DNA from: Histomonas meleagridis 2922-C6/04-290x
Taxonomy: Eukaryota; Protista; Parabasalia
Assembly (NCBI GenBank): GCA_020184695.1
Contig: JAANOX010000094.1
Span: forward strand, 1-6,753
Length of the DNA: 6,753 nt
Direction: 5' to 3'
Both the position numbers and the translations under genes were made by a program. Shown one piece after another: positions 1-6,753 of this stretch (positions within the stretch are counted from its first letter, which is position 1; every line of letters starts with the position of its first letter). The notes under the pieces are model-generated. The model saw only the letters and a list, made by a program, of their open reading frames with translations. It was not told the origin of the DNA and did no database searches.

Positions 1-2
1 GT

Positions 3-830
3 TGGCCGCATTGCTAACTTACGTAACGATGGATGCAATCGTAGTACACCATTTGTGTTAGCCAAGTAACAAAAGATAAAATTAAGCTATAAATATATCT
101 TTTGGAATGGATGGTTTAATGCCCTTGCTGCAAAATATATTCAAGTTCCGATGCTGTTTCCGATTCACGTTTGCCAAATAAGAGATTTCAGCATAACCAC
201 ACTTCAGCATTCAATGTGGCAGTTCAAGACCATTTAACAGCTACAGCAATAATAGGACCTAAAACATTTATATTGGCGTTTACTGTATTCAGAGAATCAT
301 AAGATCATGAACATGTTCTTAACCTCAGTCAAAAGATAGCTTTAAGACACGCAAGAATTATCCAAGAGAGTCACAATGAAACAGTTGACATCCAAGAAAC
401 TATTATTTCCTTCTGATGCAGTAAACTTAATGAAGTTCTACATTCTTTGTCAAGATATTGCAAATTTAACCGTAACCGGCCATTTTATGAATATTTATGC
501 ACAATACTGGCGTTAATACCCAAAACACGAGTGTGGAAAACAGTAAAGATAACAGTACTTCTCTCATTGATTACCATTTTGCTGAGTGGGAGAAGCGATT
601 TTATGGTGGAATATCAAATAACTGACGGCAAGATTGAACGACGATCGTTTGGCAAATGCAATGAAAATGTAAACTAGACAAAACCGACTGAATGGTTTGA
701 AGATGCAATTGTTGAAAGTCTGATAATGAGCCCGACGAGAAGTCAAATTGAAATTACCAACGCAACACCGAGTGTGATAATTGTTGAGGAGCAAGAGGTA
801 CATATTGATTTATAAAATATTGTCGTCTGA
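3..830 (+). CDS. Stop-poor reading frame (+ frame 3), hypothetical protein, 5'-partial; continuous only if internal stops are read through
   Basis: From 120 to 830 (237 codons) there are only 5 stop triplets (TAA300, TGA414, TAG675, TAA813, TGA828), well below what AT-rich random DNA gives. It contains supplied ORF 447..677. Protein-like text: ...RIIQESHNETVDIQETIISF[TGA]CSKLNEVLHSL...NVN[TAG]TKPTEWFEDAIVESL...IVEEQEVHIDL. No family recognised. Confidence 0.35.
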
Positions 831-925
831 ATGCTGAGCTCAGGCTCGGGGAGAGCCGTTCGAATCTATACTTTTTTTGTTGTCAAAATCTATTTGGTAA
901 TTCGTCTCACCTTCAGCAACTGTAA
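497..925 (+). CDS. Alternative overlapping ORF (+ frame 2), 142 aa if TGA is a sense codon; Cys-rich
   Basis: ATG497 to TAA923-925 with no TAA/TAG but 9 in-frame TGA interspersed with TGT/TGC. It competes with the frame-3 model. Confidence 0.2.
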
Positions 926-1026
926 TTTCATAATTGTTTGGATTCCATATCAAAATAAATTCTCCTTTTGCTGTATTTGGTGGTTTGTCTATAATCTATA
1001 ATATTAATTCAATAGAGCATTATATA

Positions 1027-2339
1027 ATGATTCAAACTGGTAAACTGTTTGGTTCTTTTAAACATTTCAGGACGTCATAGCACCATATATTTATATAATA
1101 TGCAATCAATGAATAGAAATAAATATCTTCTATAAACGGTAATTGTTTTGTTGTTATCTTCTTATTTAATTTAGATATATTTGATGAAATCGAATATTTA
1201 TTGAATAAGAGATTCCGATTAATAGTAAAAGCAAATTTTATCATTTACAAAATTCGCCCTGTAGTGTTTTATTCCAATCGAGAGGATTTCAAAGAGTTGG
1301 AACCAATATAAATCTTCCGAAACAAAGTCAAAGTCAAAACGTTAAGAAATGGGTGTGTTATAATCAAACTTATGAAATGTGTTAGTTATCCAATGTTACT
1401 GTTAAATGTAAAAATAACTGATGTCAAAGAACGTCTAGTTGTGTCCTCAAGTTTAACAAACTTGACCAATCTTGCAGCAAATAATTCATTGACAAAGATT
1501 GTTAATCCAGTTATATGTTATGTTGTGATATTGTAGAAAATAAATCTTTAATAGTTATTAAATATAATTGCCGAGGAAGAGAGTTAGTTGAAACTTGTTC
1601 ATCTGTTATGTGATACCTAAGAAGTTGAGTTAGGAAGGTGATACCTCTCTGATCCGGATAAAGGAAAAAATCAACGTTGGATTATGGTCTTCAAAATATA
1701 TGTAAAGAAAGACGGTAATAATTTATAATTTGAACATATCATTTCGACGTCTGTGAATTCTGCTTGTGAAAAACATCAAATAAAATTTGTTAAGTCAGGA
1801 AAATAAGTTATAATAAATTCAGTCGAATCCATAAATTCTTTCGAATCTTGCATAATAATTCCGAACTTGTTTAGTTACAATATCGCGCATAAAGTTAAAG
1901 ATAACCGCGCTGAGAACATAGCAATGTTCGAATTTTCTGAACTCATAAACCGTCCAAAAGTAAACGAATCTGTTTTCATATTGTCATAGTAATAACCTCA
2001 AATAGATAATTGTTATACTCTAACTTCCAATTGAATCCTCGTTAATTTCATCAAAAATATTCATAATCTTTCCCAAGGTAAGGTTGATTTATTTGAAATT
2101 ATTTTCATGAAGAACCCAGTGAGATTATTAATGGAAATCTTGTGTTCTGTCATGGGGATTAATATGATCTATAAAAGCCATTTTCAGGATTTGGGGTATA
2201 AATGTCTTTATATTCTATACTTGTATTTATTTCTGCCGTTTGGTTATATTTGTTCAACCGCTCGTGTTTGACTGATATGTTCATAATGATTCTCGATTTG
2301 ATTTTTCTTCTATTTGAAACGAATTCTGTGAATATTTGA
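1027..2339 (+). CDS. Putative intron-containing hypothetical protein gene requiring stop readthrough
   Basis: ATG1027, frame 1. Candidate introns 1139-1174 and 2078-2112. Translation includes DIFDEIEYLLNKRFRLIVK...IL[TAG]KINL[TAA][TAG]LLNIIAEEES[TAG]LKLVHLLCDT[TAA]EVELGR[TGA]YLSDPDKGKNQRWIMVFKIYVKKDG. Only two TGA (1639, 2032) occur in frame 1 between 838 and 2077. The mirror minus frame also reads plausibly in places, so strand is uncertain. Confidence 0.25.
1139..1174 (+). other. Candidate 36-nt spliceosomal intron
   Basis: GTAATT...TTATTTAATTTAG, T-rich and purine-poor inside a purine-richer context; removal keeps frame 1 (SSIN|DIFDEIEY). Confidence 0.4.
2078..2112 (+). other. Candidate 35-nt intron
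   Basis: CAAG|GTAAGG donor, ends CATGAAG; joins frame 1 to frame 3 (NLSQ|EPSEIINGNLVFCHGD). Confidence 0.25.
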
Positions 2340-2479
2340 TAACTGCATCTAACACAATCAAACCAACCTATCTATTTTATGAAAATAAAAATAAATTTTT
2401 TAAAATTGGCTTAATTTTATTATAAATCAAAAGAGCAAATAATTCTTTTAGCTCATAATTATTAATTTCTTTATCGGAT

Positions 2480-5400
2480 CACTGAATTTTCACAGTATTG
2501 TTTTATTTTTTATGCAGCATAGTAATAACTCGTCTCTATGCCACCGACAAAATTTTCGTGGAGATTTAGAAACATAATCTCAGTGAAAACGCGTTCAATC
2601 TGAACTTAAACATTGAGTTCATTACTAATAAACTTATCTTAGTACTGAAATCCTCCGACACTAAACGCAGTAATCAACCTTGAGTAATAAACTTTCACAA
2701 GATCTCTTTATAGATTCATTTTTTTCATTAAAATTATCTTAATACACTTGCAAATTGTGGATAAGGAAACACTAATATAAGGATTAATTGTATCAACAAA
2801 CCTGAAATCCGATCTTACTAGTAAGTGTAATTTAATACATAAGTAAAAGAATTCATCAATAGATAATTTATTAATGTTATTACAAATTTAGCGTTTTATA
2901 ATTTTTGGTTTTTGAACTGAAAATCCCCAGGTATTAATTATCAAAAATTATGTTGTTGATAATTTATCTCTTTTCCCAATAATTTGGCTTCATCTTGCAT
3001 CATAATTTTTCTTATTAACCCATTGTCTTTGTGTTTCTTAAAGCCTGCTATGATCAGAAAATAATCCAGCAGGAATTGATTAAACACTTGACATATCTGC
3101 ACATCAATATAATAAGTTTTTGTTTTAAATAAATCTTATTCCAATAATTTTTGAAAATGAATTTGGATCTTATTTATCAAATCTCCAGAATATACATTAA
3201 TAAAACATCCAACCAAACATATCTTTTGTATTGATCTGTGTAGAAATTTATAAGGTTCTGATACATTAATTCTTTTCACTTCAACGAATCAATAAACTTG
3301 GTGCCTTTAACTTCTCCACTTCATTTTCTGGAATGTATCCAAAGAAACTTTGTTGATTAACTTTGTAAATAACGATAAAGGCTTTTTATCATCAATATTT
3401 TTCTTCATAAATATTAAAAGATTTATTTTTTGATTTCATAACCCATGAAAGTTATTATTAATGAAACATCTATTGTATTAAAGTTATGTTGCATCATTAA
3501 CAAAACTAAACTTCTATATCTAAACATTTTGTAAAGTTGAGAATATCTTTATTGTCAAACCACAATATCATTTTTCATGATTTTAAACGAATCAGTATTA
3601 TATTTATCACACTTTTAAATATCTGAAACATTAACCTAGAATTTAGGTATATAATGGTTCATAATTATTATTTTATTTCTTCCATTATAATTCCTCACCA
3701 AAACCTTTACGCGTATTTGGTTTTCGATAAACATCTCAGATCTTCCACTTGACAATAAACTGAGTTCCTCTAACTTTACCTCTGGAAATCAGTTCAGTGT
3801 CATAATGCCTCTGCAATTCTGCAACCCATCTTTCTTCACTTCAGTTGTAGCACAAAATGCCTTGAATTAAACATGATTCATTTATATTAAACTATTAATT
3901 GCTCAAGATCCTAAATTTTCAATCAATATCTGACGTGTTGATAGCAGAACCGGAGCCTCTGTCTCTCTTCCTTGGAAACTTAAAATCAAAACGAAATATT
4001 TAGAATAAATAAAGATAGTGTCTAAAATACAACATCATTGTAGGTCACCAATGACGTTTCACTTCTATCCAGCAATGTAAAATTCAATGTATTTTTACTT
4101 AGAAGCAAATATATTTTCCGTTCCTTCACAAAACATAATATCTTAGTTGAATTAAATGCATTTAATCCATACATCAAAGCAGAAAGAAACACTAATACTG
4201 ATTTGTTTCAAAACGTAAACTTTGTTTATTAAATTTTTAGGTTACCCATTATTGTTGAAATTAAATATTTCCTCTCTCACGTTAAAACCTTCTGACGCCA
4301 TTTTTTGAAAATCCATCTTTCTTTTGTACTTGAAATGTTCGAATGAATCTTGCTTTTTTGTCTATTATCACTTAGTGAAGATTCATTGAATTATTAATTT
4401 TTCCAATAAGTCTGATCTTCCTTTGATATTTTATATCGAATGGATTAGTTATCTACCCGTAACTTGATGTTGTTCATCATGAATCAAAGCGTGCTAAAGT
4501 ATTTCATAATCTAAAATTTTTCAGTGAATCATATTTCTTCAAATAAACTTCAACTTTTTTGCTCAACTCCTTTTAATAGCTTTATCGTATTGAAAATAAC
4601 TTTTTTTTTTAAAACCAGTTAATTTTTTCTCGAATAATCTTGTATTTTTCGGCTTCAGTAGCTGCGTATTTTATAAACGTTTGTTTTCCAATTTCCTGTT
4701 TCTTCATACCTTTATCTCCATCTTTTCTTAATCATGCACTTTCTTAACTGCTTCTACATTTAACTGATTTATTATAACATAAATTCCTTTCTTATTTGAG
4801 CACACTCTCAACGTGAAATCATGATATCTTCGCCTTCTTTCCAACTTCTGAATCTTTGACTTCATCTTTTAATCTTTCTTCTTCTTTTTTTTCCTTCCTC
4901 ATACTTTCAACTAATATCTAGTATATATCTTTTTCATCAATTTTCATACTTTCTATTTATCTCAAAGTGATATACTTGAATGTTGAAATTATAAACCTCA
5001 GCTTACAAAAACGATTGAAGTCAATAATCCTTGACCACATCATAAGATTTCTAATATGCAATCCATAAATTCCTTCCTTATCTTTATTTTTGATTCGCAA
5101 TATTCTCAAGCTAATAATTCTTGAGAAAATCCATCAATTATCTTTAATCAGACTTTATTAATTTTTATAATGTAATATAATGTTATAATGTTTACTATCC
5201 GAAGTTTTCAGATCGCAAGAAAAGGTGTTTTTCGTTAGACTTTTCATCAATGCTTTTATTTCTGTTAATCCACTTTTTCTCAATCTCAATTTTTTAAAAG
5301 TCCTTTAATCAAGACGTTGAATCTGTGAACGTTACAGCAGGAAACCATTCGCAAATTCAAAATTTGGTTCAAAGATGTTGATTTTCAATCGAACTTCAAC

Positions 5401-5580
5401 GGAATGATGATTCAAAATTTTTTATTTTATACCTTCATATTTAAGCAATCTGCCTATCACGAATCATCAAATTTGGTCTTTCAAATTCGTATTATTTAAT
5501 TCTGATATATGCGGATTGATTTCCGAACAGAGCAAATTAATATTTTGTTTAATAATATTTATAAACAGGTACAACGCAAA
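2480..5580 (-). CDS. Putative long multi-exon hypothetical protein gene (or several genes, or a decayed gene) with an E/K-rich low-complexity segment; needs stop readthrough
   Basis: The minus strand is purine-rich through this block. At 4980-4819, 18 of 54 codons start with G (IESMKIDEKDIY[TAG]ILVESMRKEKKEEERLKDEVKDSEVGKKAK). Frame switches coincide with GT-AG segments at 5195-5153, 5006-4975 and 3442-3403. One frame reads as protein for ~300 codons from 3400 to 2480. Ends undefined. Confidence 0.35.
3403..3442 (-). other. Candidate 40-nt intron
   Basis: GTTATG...ATTTATGAAG, very AT-rich; its length produces the +1 switch into the frame reading KAFIVIYKVNQQSFFGYIPENEVEKLK. Confidence 0.25.
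4975..5006 (-). other. Candidate 32-nt intron
   Basis: GTAAGCTGAGGTTTATAATTTCAACATTCAAG; canonical GTAAG donor; joins ...GQGLLTSIVF to YITLR[TAA]IESMKIDEKD in the E/K-rich frame. Confidence 0.4.
5153..5195 (-). other. Candidate 43-nt intron
   Basis: GTAAACATTATAACATTATATTACATTATAAAAATTAATAAAG, low complexity; joins ...SCDLKTSD to I[TGA]LKIIDGFSQELLA[TGA]EYCESKIKIRKEFMDCILEIL. Confidence 0.4.
5166..5191. repeat. Three near-tandem copies of TATAATGT
   Basis: Copies start at 5166, 5176 and 5184. Confidence 0.8.
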
Positions 5581-5602
5581 ACTAGTAGACAATTTTTTGA
5601 AA

Positions 5603-5640
5603 GTTAATTTTTATTTTTATTTTTTTATTTGATAAAACAG
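5603..5640 (+). other. Candidate 38-nt intron
   Basis: GTTAATTTTTATTTTTATTTTTTTATTTGATAAAACAG; long T-rich tract, CAG end; joins frame 2 YNAKLVDNFLK to frame 1 DF[TGA]ERAKEKHID. Confidence 0.45.
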
Positions 5641-6000
5641 GATTTTTGAGAAAGGGCCAAAGAGAAACACATTGATCAAAGAAATAGAAACTGCAAAATA
5701 ACAGAAACAGTTCTATATTCAATATTTGATTACTATTGGGAAAATGATTTAATAGAAAATCTACCATTAGAAAATTGCAACAATATTTAGAAATTAATTT
5801 GAACTGAAGGATAAAAGAAGTAAAAAAAGAATAAAAATATTATTGTAGAACAATATAAAAAAATAAAATATACAAGAATTAGTGAATGAGAACCACAAGA
5901 CTTCCATGATATTGATGTTGAACAGGTCGCCTTGAGCCTTGGGAAGAGCAAACACAAAGAATAGAGAATCAGAGGCATATATATCTTCCAATAACCAGGT
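5641..6000 (+). CDS. Putative exon of a hypothetical protein (+ frame 1) with 8 internal stop triplets
   Basis: 120 codons; G at codon positions 1/2/3 = 29/19/12 (hand count); purine-rich. DF[TGA]ERAKEKHIDQRNRNCKITETVLYSIFDYYWENDLIENLPLENCNNI[TAG]KLI[TGA]TEG[TAA]KK[TAA]KKNKNIIVEQYKKIKYTRISE[TGA]EPQDFHDIDVEQVALSLGKSKHKE[TAG]RIRGIYIFQ[TAA]PG. Confidence 0.4.
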
Positions 6001-6009
6001 TATTATTTT

Positions 6010-6752
6010 GCTTAATGTGCTTCGTCATCTAATATAGTTTCATCATAAAGCACCGTCGCTAATATTATATTTTTGATGAATCAGTAATCTAAAAATAATA
6101 ATCTCCGTATTGGTAAAATCAATTAATTGATTAACTGATATAGGTCTGTTTAATTGTGTCTCCTGATTTGAAAAATTTCACTGAGTGTTTATGTACAAAT
6201 TCCATATACCTTTTATAAGTTCCGATGATTTATATCACTAGTGAAATACAATTAGCAGAATCAGAACTTGAATATATAATTATTGCTTATTTAATTTATA
6301 TACGTTACCCGTTATAAATACAGTAGGTAAGCCAACATCAAAACTACTTAATGTTAATTGTTTGCCTATCAAGCATTATGCAAGGCTAGCTCATTAACTT
6401 GAATTCCACCATCATTTGATATATATTAGTTTCTTGACATGTACATCTTGATATGCAATGCACGTAAACTCGTTTCATTTTCATGGCGTTCACTTAAAAT
6501 GTTCAAGAGTTTCTGTTTGAATTATGCAACAAATCAAATCTCTGGTTTCAGTGAAGTTTGATGTAAAGTCCATACTGCAAACAGACGGTGGAATACAGGT
6601 GCAAGTTATGACGGTCGTAAGTCACCATATCACAGGTGATGTAAGGTACCATAACAGGTATATCATTACTAGAAATACAGGTCTTATATTACCATCAATC
6701 CACGAAACCAATAACAATCATCATTATCAAGCTTACCGAATACATAATACTG
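6010..6752 (-). CDS. Possible 5'-partial hypothetical protein gene requiring stop readthrough
   Basis: The frame from 6752 reads QYYVFGKLDNDDCYWFRG...KQKLLNILSERHENETSLRALHIK...ISNDGGIQVNELALHNA...ATVLYDETILDDEAH with many internal TAA/TGA. Support is weak. Confidence 0.2.
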
Positions 6753-6753
6753 T
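6524..6753 (+). CDS. Open-ended standard-code ORF (76 codons, runs off the window)
   Basis: ATG6524, no stop of any type to the window end: MQQIKSLVSVKFDVKSILQTDGGIQVQVMTVVSHHITGDVRYHNRYIITRNTGLILPSIHETNNN... It is absent from the supplied track and conflicts with the minus-strand model. Confidence 0.25.
   Translation, partial: MQQIKSLVSVKFDVKSILQTDGGIQVQVMTVVSHHITGDVRYHNRYIITRNTGLILPSIHETNNNHHYQAYRIHNT

Noticed and set aside
135-158. Inverted match (21/24 nt) with 6254-6277, both able to encode SELEYI; possible terminal inverted repeat or scrambling pointer
   Set aside because: The similarity does not extend, and about 0.3-1 such match is expected by chance in 6.7 kb of AT-rich DNA (rough estimate).
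843-878. Rho-independent terminator
   Set aside because: The stem is only 5 bp and the T-run is 14 nt away from it; the context does not look prokaryotic.
564-1244. Supplied minus-strand ORFs 564..803 and 1032..1244
   Set aside because: Short, no recognisable motif, and they overlap better-supported + frames; probably shadows, though strand near 850-1130 is ambiguous.
1175-1980. Ambigrammatic (both-strand) coding
   Set aside because: Mirror frames that share third codon positions give protein-like text automatically; neither strand is stop-free.
1985-2529. 12-bp direct repeat CATAGTAATAAC (1985 and 2518) containing a triple stop
   Set aside because: Multiple repeated 12-mers are expected by chance at this base composition.
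3790-3860. Rab-like peptide RWVAELQRH on the minus strand
   Set aside because: No G1/G3/G4 GTPase motifs and wrong spacing from the preceding strand.
4899-4953. 10-bp direct repeat TCATACTTTC 45 nt apart (ESM...ESM on the minus strand)
   Set aside because: Too short, and it lies in a low-complexity E/K-coding tract.
5166-5191. TATAAT copies as bacterial -10 promoter boxes
   Set aside because: No -35 element or downstream bacterial ORF; the hexamer is common in AT-rich DNA and lies inside an intron candidate.
5582-5991. Supplied minus-strand ORFs 5582..5767, 5787..5978 and 5794..5991
   Set aside because: F/L/I/Y-rich translations expected from the antisense of a purine-rich + strand; codon bias favours + frame 1.
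6397-6601. Peptide DGGIQV encoded on both strands (minus ~6414-6397, plus ~6584-6601) with synonymous differences
   Set aside because: No flanking similarity; several 6-aa matches are expected among six frames of this length.
1-6753. Euplotes-type stop-triggered frameshifting or RIP mutation as the general explanation
   Set aside because: TAA/TAG recur within an unchanged frame (5 in 120 codons at 5641-6000), which is too frequent for frameshifting. CpA/TpG are not visibly depleted, and RIP does not produce TGG>TGA.

Overview
AT-rich window (about 30% GC, estimated by eye). There is no credible gene under the standard code and no rRNA, complete tRNA, CRISPR array, telomeric repeat or recognisable complete transposon. 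Most of the six supplied ORFs look like antisense shadows of purine-rich stretches. The DNA still looks coding-like in blocks that alternate strand (+1-830, +~1030-2340, -~5580-2480, +~5570-6000, -~6750-6010): the putative sense strand is purine-rich, G is enriched at codon position 1, and translations are E/K-rich. These frames contain TAA, TAG and TGA internally. Several frame switches are repaired by short (32-43 nt) GT-AG intron-like segments. The best working hypothesis is a compact eukaryotic (ciliate/alveolate-like) locus with short introns and stop-codon reassignment, possibly of all three stops. The main alternative is heavily decayed pseudogene or mobile-element DNA, or partly non-coding DNA. 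No protein family was identified with confidence. All gene models were built by eye and are tentative.
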